A stretch of 32,000 nt of DNA. Source: Microcystis aeruginosa NIES-2549 (lineage in GTDB: Bacteria; Cyanobacteriota; Cyanobacteriia; Cyanobacteriales; Microcystaceae). Under the pieces are notes generated by a model. That model was not told the DNA's origin and did not search any database. It was given only the letters and a program-made list of their open reading frames with translations. Below, one piece after another: positions 1 through 9,315 of the stretch. Location of the stretch: contig NZ_CP011304.1 of assembly GCF_000981785.2 (NCBI RefSeq), forward strand, positions 810,001 to 842,000. The letters are read 5' to 3'. Every line of letters begins with the position of its first letter. Position 1 is the stretch's first letter. The position numbers and the translations under genes are program-made.

Positions 1-2
1 AT

Positions 3-3000
3 ACGGGCGGCAATTCTGCCACGTCTCCCAATACTGTCAGTCTGGTTCACACAGTTAATTTGGCGGCGGGTCAGGTAGCGACAGGGATTGACTTTGGTAA
101 TGAGACTGTTAACGTCGGCCCTACTGATTTAGCCTTAAGTGCGACAACAGTAAATGAAAATGTTGCCCCCAATACAGTGATTGGAACATTTTCTAGCACA
201 GACCCCGATACTGGCAATACCTTTACCTATAGTTTAATAGCAGGAACAGGAGATACAGATAATACTGCCTTCTCGATTGTAGGGAATCAATTACAGATTA
301 ATAATTCCCCGGATTTTGAAACCAAAAATAGTTACAGTATTCGGGTAAAAACCACAGACCAAGGGGGACTAAGTTTTGAGAAAACCTTGACAATTACTGT
401 CAATGATGTTAATGAAAATCCTAGTAATCAAGCTCCGACGGATTTAGCATTAAGTGCCACTACAGTAGATGAAAATGTTCCTGTTAACACAGTGATTGGA
501 ACATTTTCCAGCACAGACCCCGATACTGGCAATACCTTTACCTATAGTTTAATAGCAGGAACAGGAGATACAGATAATACTGCCTTCTCGATTGTAGGGA
601 ATCAATTACAGATTAATAATTCCCCGGATTTTGAAACCAAAAATAGTTACAGTATTCGGGTAAAAACCACAGACCAAGGGGGACTAAGTTTTGAGAAAAC
701 CTTGACAATTACTGTCAATGATGTTAATGAAAATCCTAGTAATCAAGCTCCGACGGATTTAGCATTAAGTGCCACTACAGTAGATGAAAATGTTCCTGTT
801 AACACAGTGATTGGAACATTTTCCAGCACAGACCCCGATACTGGTAATAGCTTTACCTATAGTTTGATAGCAGGAACAGGAGATACAGATAACTCAGCAT
901 TCTCGATTGTGGGGAATCAATTACAGATTAATAATTCCCCCGATTTTGAAACCAAAAATAGTTACAGTATTCGGGTAAAAACCACAGACCAAGGGGGACT
1001 AAGTTTTGAGAAAACCTTGACAATTACTGTCAATGATGTTAATGAAAATCCTAGTAATCAAGCTCCGACGGATTTAGCATTAAGTGCCACTACAGTAGAT
1101 GAAAATGTTCCTGTTAACACAGTGATTGGAACATTTTCCAGTACAGACCCCGATACTGGTAATAGCTTTACCTATAGTTTGATAGCAGGAACAGGAGATA
1201 CAGATAACTCAGCATTCTCGATTGTGGGGAATCAATTACAGATTAATAATTCCCCAGATTTTGAAACCAAAAATAGTTACAGTATTCGGGTAAAAACCAC
1301 AGACCAAGGGGGACTCAGTTTTGAGAAAACCTTGACAATTACTGTCAATGATGTTAATGAAAATCCTAGTAATCAAGCTCCGACGGATTTAGCATTAAGT
1401 GCCACTACAGTAGATGAAAATGTTCCTGTTAACACAGTAATTGGAACATTTTCTACCACAGACCCCGATACTGGTAATAGCTTTACCTATAGTTTAATAG
1501 CAGGAACAGGAGATACAGATAATACTGCCTTCTCGATTGTAGGGAATCAATTACAGATTAATAATTCCCCCGATTTTGAAACCAAGAATAGTTACAGTAT
1601 TCGGGTAAAAACCACAGACCAAGGGGGACTCAGTTTTGAGAAAACCTTGACAATTACTGTCAATGATGTTAATGAAAATCCTAGTAATCAAGCTCCGACG
1701 GATTTAGCATTAAGTGCCACTACAGTAGATGAAAATGTTCCTGTTAACACAGTGATTGGAACATTTTCTACCACAGACCCCGATACTGGTAATAGCTTTA
1801 CCTATAGTTTAATAGCAGGAACAGGAGATACAGATAATACTGCCTTCTCGATTGTGGGGAATCAATTACAGATTAATAATTCCCCCGATTTTGAAACCAA
1901 AAATAGTTACAGTATTCGGGTAAAAACCACAGACCAAGGGGGACTAAGTTTTGAGAAAACCTTGACAATTACTGTCAATGATGTTAACGAAACACCAACA
2001 GATTTACTTTTAAGTGCCACTACCGTAAATGAAAATGTTGCCCCCAATACAGTGATTGGAACATTTTCCAGTACAGACCCCGATACTGGTAATAGCTTTA
2101 CCTATAGTTTGATAGCAGGAACAGGAGATACAGATAACTCAGCATTCTCGATTGTGGGGAATCAATTACAGATTAATAATTCCCCCGATTTTGAAACCAA
2201 AAATAGTTACAGTATTCGGGTAAAAACCACAGACCAAGGGGGACTAAGTTTTGAGAAAACCTTGACAATTACTGTCAATGATGTTAATGAAAATCCTAGT
2301 AATCAAGCTCCGACGGATTTAGCATTAAGTGCCACTACAGTAGATGAAAATGTTCCTGTTAACACAGTGATTGGAACATTTTCCAGCACAGACCCCGATA
2401 CTGGTAATAGCTTTACCTATAGTTTAATAGCAGGAACAGGAGATACAGATAATACTGCCTTCTCGATTGTGGGGAATCAATTACAGATTAATAATTCCCC
2501 CGATTTTGAAACCAAAAATAGTTACAGTATTCGGGTAAAAACCACAGACCAAGGGGGACTAAGTGTTGAGAAAACCTTGACAATTACTGTCAATGATGTT
2601 AACGAAACACCAACAGATTTACTTTTAAGTGCCACTACCGTAAATGAAAATGTTGCCCCCAATACAGTGATTGGAACATTTTCCAGTACAGACCCCGATA
2701 CTGGTAATAGCTTTACCTATAGTTTGATAGCAGGAACAGGAGATACAGATAACTCAGCATTCTCGATTGTGGGGAATCAATTACAGATTAATAATTCCCC
2801 CGATTTTGAAACCAAAAATAGTTACAGTATTCGGGTAAAAACCACAGACCAAGGGGGACTAAGTTTTGAGAAAACCTTGACAATTACTGTCAATGATGTT
2901 AATGAAAATCCTAGTAATCAAGCTCCGACGGATTTAGCATTAAGTGCCACTACAGTAGATGAAAATGTTCCTGTTAACACAGTGATTGGAACATTTTCCA

Positions 3001-4850
3001 GCACAGACCCCGATACTGGTAATAACTTTACCTATAGTTTGATAGCAGGAACAGGAGATACAGATAACTCAGCATTCTCGATTGTGGGGAATCAATTACA
3101 GATTAATAATTCCCCCGATTTTGAAACCAAAAATAGTTACAGTATTCGGGTAAAAACCACAGACCAAGGGGGACTAAGTTTTGAGAAAACCTTGACAATT
3201 ACTGTCAATGATGTTAATGAAACTCCCGGTAATCAAGCTCCAACAAATTTAGCATTAAGTGCCACTACAGTAAATGAAAATGTCCCTGTTAACACAGTAA
3301 TTGGAACATTTTCTAGCACAGACCCCGATACTGGTAATAACTTTACCTATAGTTTAATAGCAGGAACAGGAGATACAGATAATACTGCCTTCTCGATTGT
3401 AGGGAATCAATTACAGATTAATAATTCCCCCGATTTTGAAACCAAGAATAGTTACAGTATTCGGGTAAAAACCACCGATCAAGGGGGACTAAGTTTTGAG
3501 AAAACCTTGACAATTACTGTCAATGATGTTAATGAAACTCCCGGTAATCAAGCTCCCACAGCCCTAATTTTCCAAAATGCTGTCACCGAGTTAGCTGAAA
3601 ATGTCGATGTCACACCAGAATTTAAAGTCGCCGATCTCCTGATTGAAGATGATGGTTTAGGAACCAATAATCTCTTCCTCACGGGACGGGATAGGGAGCG
3701 CTTCTTAATTCAGAATTCGGCTCTTTTCTATGTCGGTTTTACTCCTAATTTTGAAGCTCAAAACAGTTACGAAGTCACCGTCAATGTCGATGATACAACC
3801 GTTGGTGTCACCCCCGATCTCACCCAAACCTTAACTTTAAACATCACCGATGTCAACGAAGCTCCCACAGCCCTAATTCTTGCTAATAGCACCAATACGA
3901 TCGCTGAAAATACCGATACCAGTCAAGGTGTCAAAGTTGCCGATATTCAGATCAGCGATGATGCCTTGGGGACCAATAGCCTTTCTTTGTTGGGCAGTGA
4001 TCAGAGCAGTTTCCAGATTCGTGGCCGGGAATTATTCTTCATCGGTAAGGCTGATTTTGAAGCCCAATCCCTCTATAATCTGACGGTGGCGGTAACGGAT
4101 ACCACCCTCAACCCGGCTCCCAATGCCACGCCAGACGCAACGGTTAATTTCACCCTAGAAATTACCAATCTACCCGACCAAGACGTTAATCCCCAGGCCC
4201 TTGAATTTAAAAATACGGGCAATGGACAGGTTTCTCTGGTTTTCAACTTCAGTAACTTGCCCAGTAGCATACAGGTCACAGCCATTGAGGAGGGACTCCA
4301 ACAGACGGGAGCCTTCTTCAATAACGTTGTCGGTCTCTATCCAGTGGCGGATGACAACGGAGCCGTTTTTGACAGCCTCGATTTAGATGGAGATGGCAAC
4401 GTGACAGAGTTAATTCAACCCGGTCAAGCGGGTTATGCGCGTAGTGCCTTAAGTCAAGCAGTGAATAACTTCATTTTGCGGGCCAGTGGAGAAGGGGCAA
4501 ACCAAAGCACCACCGCCGCTGAATTTAACGAAGGGGATGTGTTGTTGGAAGGAGGGCGACGCTACGCACCCTTTGTGATTGCCAATGGCGGCAATCTGGG
4601 AGAAAGTCTGCAAGGGAGTATTCAGGCATTTTTGACCAAGAATCCCGATAATGTGGCGGCTACCCTAGAAAACTATATGAGTCATGAGGTGGCCTATTTC
4701 TCCTTTGGCTCGGCAAATCCCGATGGGGCGGAACATTTACGGTCAAGGGGGAATAATATCTTTGGCTTTGAGGATTTACCGGGGAACTTACCCAATATCA
4801 GCGATAACGATTTTAATGATGGGATTTTGGCGTTTAATTTTATTGCTTAA
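3..4850 (+). CDS. Giant secreted/surface adhesin-like protein, 5'-partial: SdrD-B-like end, 11 near-identical plus 2 diverged cadherin-like repeats, C-terminal DUF4114-like domain
   Basis: The frame of the listed ORF (60..4850, TTG) stays open back to the window edge (..TGGNSATSPNTVSLVHTVNLAAGQVATGIDFGN), so the gene starts upstream. Each unit carries cadherin hallmarks (ENV..NTVIGTFS.TDPDTGN.FTYSL..G.GD.DN..F.I.GNQL...DFE....Y.I.V..TD.GGLS....LTI.V.DVNE.P). The C-terminus ..FGFEDLPGNL.NISDNDFNDGILAFNF matches my memory of DUF4114. Confidence 0.85.
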   Translation, partial: TGGNSATSPNTVSLVHTVNLAAGQVATGIDFGNETVNVGPTDLALSATTVNENVAPNTVIGTFSSTDPDTGNTFTYSLIAGTGDTDNTAFSIVGNQLQINNSPDFETKNSYSIRVKTTDQGGLSFEKTLTITVNDVNENPSNQAPTDLALSATTVDENVPVNTVIGTFSSTDPDTGNTFTYSLIAGTGDTDNTAFSIVGNQLQINNSPDFETKNSYSIRVKTTDQGGLSFEKTLTITVNDVNENPSNQAPTDLALSATTVDENVPVNTVIGTFSSTDPDTGNSFTYSLIAGTGDTDNSAFSIVGNQLQINNSPDFETKNSYSIRVKTTDQGGLSFEKTLTITVNDVNENPSNQAPTDLALSATTVDENVPVNTVIGTFSSTDPDTGNSFTYSLIAGTGDTDNSAFSIVGNQLQINNSPDFETKNSYSIRVKTTDQGGLSFEKTLTITVNDVNENPSNQAPTDLALSATTVDENVPVNTVIGTFSTTDPDTGNSFTYSLIAGTGDTDNTAFSIVGNQLQINNSPDFETKNSYSIRVKTTDQGGLSFEKTLTITVNDVNENPSNQAPTDLALSATTVDENVPVNTVIGTFSTTDPDTGNSFTYSLIAGTGDTDNTAFSIVGNQLQINNSPDFETKNSYSIRVKTTDQGGLSFEKTLTITVNDVNETPTDLLLSATTVNENVAPNTVIGTFSSTDPDTGNSFTYSLIAGTGDTDNSAFSIVGNQLQINNSPDFETKNSYSIRVKTTDQGGLSFEKTLTITVNDVNENPSNQAPTDLALSATTVDENVPVNTVIGTFSSTDPDTGNSFTYSLIAGTGDTDNTAFSIVGNQLQINNSPDFETKNSYSIRVKTTDQGGLSVEKTLTITVNDVNETPTDLLLSATTVNENVAPNTVIGTFSSTDPDTGNSFTYSLIAGTGDTDNSAFSIVGNQLQINNSPDFETKNSYSIRVKTTDQGGLSFEKTLTITVNDVNENPSNQAPTDLALSATTVDENVPVNTVIGTFSSTDPDTGNNFTYSLIAGTGDTDNSAFSIVGNQLQINNSPDFETKNSYSIRVKTTDQGGLSFEKTLTITVNDVNETPGNQAPTNLALSATTVNENVPVNTVIGTFSSTDPDTGNNFTYSLIAGTGDTDNTAFSIVGNQLQINNSPDFETKNSYSIRVKTTDQGGLSFEKTLTITVNDVNETPGNQAPTALIFQNAVTELAENVDVTPEFKVADLLIEDDGLGTNNLFLTGRDRERFLIQNSALFYVGFTPNFEAQNSYEVTVNVDDTTVGVTPDLTQTLTLNITDVNEAPTALILANSTNTIAENTDTSQGVKVADIQISDDALGTNSLSLLGSDQSSFQIRGRELFFIGKADFEAQSLYNLTVAVTDTTLNPAPNATPDATVNFTLEITNLPDQDVNPQALEFKNTGNGQVSLVFNFSNLPSSIQVTAIEEGLQQTGAFFNNVVGLYPVADDNGAVFDSLDLDGDGNVTELIQPGQAGYARSALSQAVNNFILRASGEGANQSTTAAEFNEGDVLLEGGRRYAPFVIANGGNLGESLQGSIQAFLTKNPDNVAATLENYMSHEVAYFSFGSANPDGAEHLRSRGNNIFGFEDLPGNLPNISDNDFNDGILAFNFIA
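120..3554 (+). repeat. In-frame tandem array of 11 near-identical units, nine of 315 bp and two of 300 bp, each encoding one cadherin-like domain
   Basis: The unit start CCGACGGATTTAGCATTAAGT recurs at about 435 and 750, a period of 315. The arithmetic 9x315 + 2x300 = 3435 nt matches 120..3554 exactly. Units differ at only a handful of nucleotides. Confidence 0.95.
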
Positions 4851-5004
4851 TCATCCCTTGCTGGTTTGACAAACCATTTCCTCTGGGAGTTGGCGGCGAT
4901 CGCCTTTTTCTAACTGCGAATCACCGTCATTTGTCGCGCCACAGGCCTCATTGCCGTTTCTGATTAATGATAGCACGGCTGGCTTCCAATCCAGCAATGA
5001 TTTA

Positions 5005-5120
5005 TATAGCGTTTTTCAGTCTGCTGAGGTACAAAAGTTATGGGTTTTAGGCAAAAGGCAAGATGCAAAACGCAAAAGGGAAGAAAATAGGTGTACCTCA
5101 CTAGCTTGGGAAACGCTATA
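5005..5120. repeat. MITE-like imperfect inverted repeat (28-nt arms, about 60-nt core)
   Basis: The left arm TATAGCGTTTTTCAGTCTGCTGAGGTAC (5005-5032) pairs with the reverse complement of the right arm GTACCTCACTAGCTTGGGAAACGCTATA (5093-5120). I count 22 of 28 matching positions by hand. The core contains GGCAAAAGGCAA, also seen at about 9389. Confidence 0.5.
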
Positions 5121-5345
5121 GTTATTTCAAATAAGAACGAGACACTAGCCTGAATTATTCACCAATTGCCGACCGTTTTTTAGCCAGAGGACTGAATGAC
5201 CTTTCTAGCAAGACTTTTGAGTATTCTCCCAAATCTTCATCAATAATCGGGGCTAAGTAAATAAATTTTCACAACTCGATCGCTACAACTATCCCGCCAA
5301 GAACTACAATAACCCTAGGCATTTGTGTGAAAAAAAGACCCATCT

Positions 5346-5648
5346 ATGCAACTTTCGCCCCAAGAAAAAGATAAATTACTCATTTTCACGGCGGCACTGC
5401 TCGCCGAAAGACGCAAAAATCGCGGTATCAAGTTAAATTATCCCGAAGCGATCGCCTATATTAGCGCCGCCATCCTCGAAGGTGCTAGGGAAGGTCGTAG
5501 CGTGGCTGAATTGATGAGTTACGGCACCACTTTATTAACTCGCGAGGAGGTAATGGAAGGCATCCCAGAAATGATCACGGAAGTGCAGATCGAAGCGACT
5601 TTTCCCGATGGTACTAAATTAGTTACCGTTCACAATCCCATTCATTAA
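5346..5648 (+). CDS. ureA: Urease subunit gamma
   Basis: The 100-aa product [48 protein letters not shown] is the canonical UreA sequence and length. Confidence 0.95.
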
Positions 5649-5667
5649 CAGGAGATTTTTAGCAGTT

Positions 5668-5994
5668 ATGATTCCGGGAGAAATTATCACACCATCCGGG
5701 GCAATCGAGATTAATGTCGGTCGCGACACCCTGCGTATTTCTGTGGCTAATACAGGCGATCGACCGATTCAAGTGGGTTCCCACTATCATTTTTATGAAG
5801 TTAACGAGGCCCTGGAGTTCCAGCGCGAATTAACCAAAGGAACCCATCTCAATATTCCCGCCGGGACATCAGTTCGATTTGAACCGGGAGACACGAAAGA
5901 GGTGGAGTTAGTTGCCATCGCGGGAACTGAAGAAATTTATGGCTTTAATGGTTTAATTAATGGTTCCCTCAAGGGCAAAAAAAAGAAAAAGTAG
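5668..5994 (+). CDS. ureB: Urease subunit beta, with an unusual C-terminal GKKKKK tail
   Basis: MIPGEI......IE.N.GR....[23 protein letters not shown] is the canonical UreB sequence. An AGGAG Shine-Dalgarno at 5650-5654 lies 19 nt after ureA. Confidence 0.95.
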   Translation: MIPGEIITPSGAIEINVGRDTLRISVANTGDRPIQVGSHYHFYEVNEALEFQRELTKGTHLNIPAGTSVRFEPGDTKEVELVAIAGTEEIYGFNGLINGSLKGKKKKK

Positions 5995-6076
5995 GGTCTT
6001 GACAGAAAAATTATCACAGTTCGATCGCTCAATTGTGGTAACATCAAGGCAACGATAACTAATTCTTTCCAAGACT

Positions 6077-6964
6077 ATGACGACGGTAAAAATTGGCATC
6101 ATTGGCGGCAGTGGTTTGTATAAAATGGATGCCCTCAAGGATGTGCGGGAAGTATCCCTCGATACTCCTTTTGGTTCTCCTTCCGATGCTTTAATTCTCG
6201 GGACTTTAGAGGGAACAGAAGTGGCCTTTTTAGCGCGTCATGGCAGAAGTCACCATTTTTTACCGACCGAATTACCCTTTCGAGCTAATATTCACGCTCT
6301 CAAACAATTAGGGGTTGAATATATTATTTCCGCTTCGGCCGTTGGTTCCCTAAAAGCGGAAGTTAAACCCCTAGATTTAGTCATTCCCGATCAATTTATT
6401 GACAGAACTAAAGAGAGAATAGCGACTTTTTTTGGGGAAGGAATTGTTGCCCACGTCGCCTTTGGTGATCCCATTTGTCCGCAATTAGCCCAAATTTTAG
6501 GGGATGCCGTCGCTAGTTTAAACCTGCCGGAAGTTACCTTACATCGGGGCGGTACATATCTCTGTATGGAGGGACCAGCTTTTTCTACTAAAGCGGAATC
6601 AAATCTCTATAGAAGTTGGGGGGCAACCGTGATCGGTATGACCAATTTAACCGAGGCAAAATTAGCCCGAGAAGCGGAAATTGCCTACGCTACCTTAGCC
6701 CTAGTTACCGATTACGATTGTTGGCATCCCGATCACGATCATGTCACGGTAGAAATGGTGATCGAAAATCTACACCATAACGCTATTAATGCCCAAAAAG
6801 TTATCCAAGAAACGGTGCGCCGTCTGGCAGCTAATCCTCCCGTTTCCGTCGCTCATTCTGCCCTTAAATACGCTATTCTTACCCGTCTAGATTCTGTTCC
6901 CGTCGCCACTAAAGAAAAATTAGCTCTCCTGTTGAAAAAATATCTTGAAGAAGTAGAGAAATAG
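6077..6964 (+). CDS. mtnP: S-methyl-5'-thioadenosine phosphorylase
   Basis: [26 protein letters not shown]...P.E...RANI.ALK.LGV..I...SAVGSL and [15 protein letters not shown] are typical of MTAP/PNP family 2. Confidence 0.9.
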   Translation: MTTVKIGIIGGSGLYKMDALKDVREVSLDTPFGSPSDALILGTLEGTEVAFLARHGRSHHFLPTELPFRANIHALKQLGVEYIISASAVGSLKAEVKPLDLVIPDQFIDRTKERIATFFGEGIVAHVAFGDPICPQLAQILGDAVASLNLPEVTLHRGGTYLCMEGPAFSTKAESNLYRSWGATVIGMTNLTEAKLAREAEIAYATLALVTDYDCWHPDHDHVTVEMVIENLHHNAINAQKVIQETVRRLAANPPVSVAHSALKYAILTRLDSVPVATKEKLALLLKKYLEEVEK

Positions 6965-7057
6965 CCGAGAAAAGTCGCCCATGAATTTAGAAATAGGTCA
7001 TTTTTCTCGCTGTGATCCAGACGATCAATTTGACCCAAATTCTAGGTTATCTGTGGC

Positions 7058-8014
7058 TTAACTAGCTAGATATTCTCTGATGTTAGCTCGGCGTTTTCTC
7101 AATTTGGCGATCGCTTCTCGTTCGATCTGACGGACGCGTTCACGACTGATATTGAGTCGAACGCCAATTTTCGCTAAGGTGAGGGGCTGCCCATTATCTA
7201 AACCAAAACGCAGACAAATCACTTCTTTTTGTTGAGGGGTGAGGTCTGCCATCAGTTTTTCCAAATCCACTTGCAGGGAAGAATAGGCAGTGTAATCTTC
7301 GGGGGAAAGTCCCGTATCTTCCAAGAGTTCCCCTAATTCCGTGTCTTGATTGTCCCCCACCTTTAAGTCAAGGGAAAGGGGTTGACGGGACCTTTCCAAG
7401 TAGTCTCGCACCTGTTTGGGAGTTAGCTCTAATTCCTCGGCTAATTCGGCAATGGTGGCAGCGCGACCTTTATCTTGAGCTAGTTGACGCTGGGCCTTTT
7501 TGATTTTATTCAGTTTTTCGGTGATGTGGATGGGCAGACGGATGGTGCGACTTTTTTCTGCGATCGCCCGGGTGATGGCTTGGCGAATCCACCAATAAGC
7601 ATAGGTGGAGAAGCGATAGCCTTTGGTGGGATCGAATTTTTCCACACCTCTTTGCATCCCAATCGTTCCCTCTTGGATGAGGTCCAATAAATCTAGATTG
7701 CGTTTTAGGTATTTTTTAGCGACGGAAACCACTAGACGCAGGTTCGCTTCTACCATCTTGCGTTTGGCGAAATCCCCTGCCCCCAATTCTCGACGTAGTT
7801 GTTCTTCGCTAATTTCTGCCGCTTCTGACCACTGGCGATCGCTGGGGTCGCTGCCGAGTTTCGCCTTTAGGGATTCTTTGATTTTTTCCAGAAAAATTAA
7901 TCTTTGTACCTGTTTCGCGTAGAGAATTTCTTCTTCATGGGTGAGAAGGGGAACTCGGCCAATTTCTCTGAGATAGGCGCGAACTGGATCGGTAAGGTTT
8001 TTCGAGGTTTTCAT
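7058..8014 (-). CDS. RNA polymerase sigma-70 factor, cyanobacterial group 2 (SigD-like by length, 318 aa)
   Basis: [21 protein letters not shown], the region 2 motif [17 protein letters not shown] and the region 4 motif [18 protein letters not shown] are present. The subgroup assignment is tentative. Confidence 0.9.
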   Translation of the reverse strand: MKTSKNLTDPVRAYLREIGRVPLLTHEEEILYAKQVQRLIFLEKIKESLKAKLGSDPSDRQWSEAAEISEEQLRRELGAGDFAKRKMVEANLRLVVSVAKKYLKRNLDLLDLIQEGTIGMQRGVEKFDPTKGYRFSTYAYWWIRQAITRAIAEKSRTIRLPIHITEKLNKIKKAQRQLAQDKGRAATIAELAEELELTPKQVRDYLERSRQPLSLDLKVGDNQDTELGELLEDTGLSPEDYTAYSSLQVDLEKLMADLTPQQKEVICLRFGLDNGQPLTLAKIGVRLNISRERVRQIEREAIAKLRKRRANIREYLAS

Positions 8015-8452
8015 GAGTGCGCGTCGATTGAGGGTTGATATTCAGGAATTGATGGCGTTTTTAAGATCGCTTCCCCAGGGGCGGTTAAGGAGATGCTATC
8101 AGAGTTTTTTCTCGTTTTGTAAAGAGATTGGTAAGTGATTACTCAACTATAGAGAGAAATCTCATTGACTATTTAATTGCCTCTATAGTCCTTTTTTGGC
8201 TAGATATAGAGTTTTTGGGCATAAATGGCAAGTAGTAAGAACATTGGTTATTTAACCAATATTACAACAATTATTAAATATTGTAAAGTTTATGAGAGAA
8301 AAAAAATTATCCCTCTCAGGAAAGCAGCAATGAAGAGGAGGTTTGAGTATCTCTACTCATATATTACCCAGAGGTTTCCCATCGGGATGCAATCTAGATG
8401 ACAAAATGAGCAATTTTCTCATTTAGCGATCGCAGAGTGAGCGGTGAGGGAA

Positions 8453-8486
8453 GTGGGGTGTGGGGTGTGGGGTGTGGGGTGTGGGG
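8453..8486 (+). repeat. (GTGGGGT)n heptamer array, five GGGG tracts spaced by TGT
   Basis: Read directly: GTGGGGTGTGGGGTGTGGGGTGTGGGGTGTGGGG. Confidence 0.9.
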
Positions 8487-8504
8487 AGAATAAATAAAAA
8501 TAAT

Positions 8505-8552
8505 CTCCTGAATACTGACTCCCGGCTCCTGAATACTGAATACTGACTCCCG
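8505..8552 (+). repeat. Direct repeat CTCCTGAATACTGA(ATACTGA)CTCCCG, two copies
   Basis: Read directly. The second copy has one extra ATACTGA heptamer. Confidence 0.7.
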
Positions 8553-8627
8553 TCTATTGACCTTGCCTAGCGGTTCAGGGGGGATTGTGTAAAAATAAGA
8601 GAAGATCGGTTTTTTTTTACTAAACCT

Positions 8628-9266
8628 ATGGCCACTTCTTCCATTGCCGTTAGAGAATTACCTCTCTTTCCCCTACCCGAAGTTGTTTTATTCCCGGGTC
8701 GTCCCCTGCCCCTGCACATCTTCGAGTTTCGCTATCGGATTATGATGAATACGATATTGGAAGAAGATCGCCGTTTTGGGGTCTTAATGGTAGATCCTGC
8801 CACCGGAGAAATCGCTAAAGTGGGCAGTTGTGCGGAAGTTGTCCGTTGTCAACGTCTTCCAGATGATCGCTTAAAAATTCTCACCATCGGTCAACAGCGC
8901 TTCCGTGTCCTAGAATACGTCCGGGAAAAACCCTATCGCGTCGGTTTAGTGGAGTGGATTGAAGATGTTCCCACCACCCAAGATCTGCGACCTCTGGCCA
9001 AAGAAGTAGACCAACTGCTGCGGGATGTGGTTCATCTCTCAGCCAAATTAACCGCTCAAAAAATTGAACTCCCCGACGATTTGCCCAGTCTTCCCCTCGA
9101 ATTATCCTACTGGGTGGCGGGTAATCTCTACGGTGTGGCTGGGGAACAACAAGCTTTATTGGAAATGCTCGATACAGTCAGTCGTCTGCAACGAGAATCG
9201 GAAATTCTCACCTCGACTCGCAATCATCTGGCCGCTCGCACGGCTCTTAAAGATGCTTTAAATTAA
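8628..9266 (+). CDS. LON N-terminal (substrate-binding) domain protein
   Basis: LPLFPLPEVVLFPG.PLPLHIFE.RYR.M is the typical start of stand-alone Lon N-domain proteins. At 212 aa it has no ATPase or protease part. Confidence 0.8.
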   Translation: MATSSIAVRELPLFPLPEVVLFPGRPLPLHIFEFRYRIMMNTILEEDRRFGVLMVDPATGEIAKVGSCAEVVRCQRLPDDRLKILTIGQQRFRVLEYVREKPYRVGLVEWIEDVPTTQDLRPLAKEVDQLLRDVVHLSAKLTAQKIELPDDLPSLPLELSYWVAGNLYGVAGEQQALLEMLDTVSRLQRESEILTSTRNHLAARTALKDALN

Positions 9267-9315
9267 TGATCTTGAGGTTTTTCAGCTGCGGGAGAAGGAA
9301 ATGGGGAAGTTATTT

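Noticed and set aside
3880-4869. Short ORFs 3880..4083(+), 4073..4321(-), 4201..4386(+) and 4684..4869(+) inside the adhesin gene
   Set aside because: They are alternative-frame or antisense ORFs nested in a long, clearly coding frame. They have no recognisable motifs.
5121-5345. NtcA box (GTA-N8-TAC) upstream of ureA
   Set aside because: I scanned the upstream spacer by eye and found no GTA-N8-TAC with a suitably placed -10 box. I cannot support a regulatory call.
5953-7038. 61-aa minus-strand ORFs 5953..6138 and 6853..7038 flanking mtnP
   Set aside because: They overlap the ureB/mtnP and mtnP 3' coding regions on the opposite strand and have no motifs. They are likely spurious.
7484-7922. 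Plus-strand ORFs 7484..7690 and 7623..7922 inside the sigma-factor gene. Similar shadow ORFs lie in cobN (16849, 17259, 19254, 19414), opcA (26566, 26921), the SLH gene (30010-30977), the APH gene (13749), pgk (25056, 25205) and the kinase (20914).
   Set aside because: All are antisense or alternative frames of well-supported genes and have no motifs of their own.
8225-8401. 58-codon plus-strand ORF (MASSKNIGYLTNITTIIKYCKVYERKKIIPLRKAAMKRRFEYLYSYITQRFPIGMQSR) in the sigma / Lon-domain spacer
   Set aside because: It is AT-rich and lysine/isoleucine-biased as expected from spacer composition. It has no Shine-Dalgarno and no recognisable motif. It is worth a conservation check, but I do not call it as a gene.
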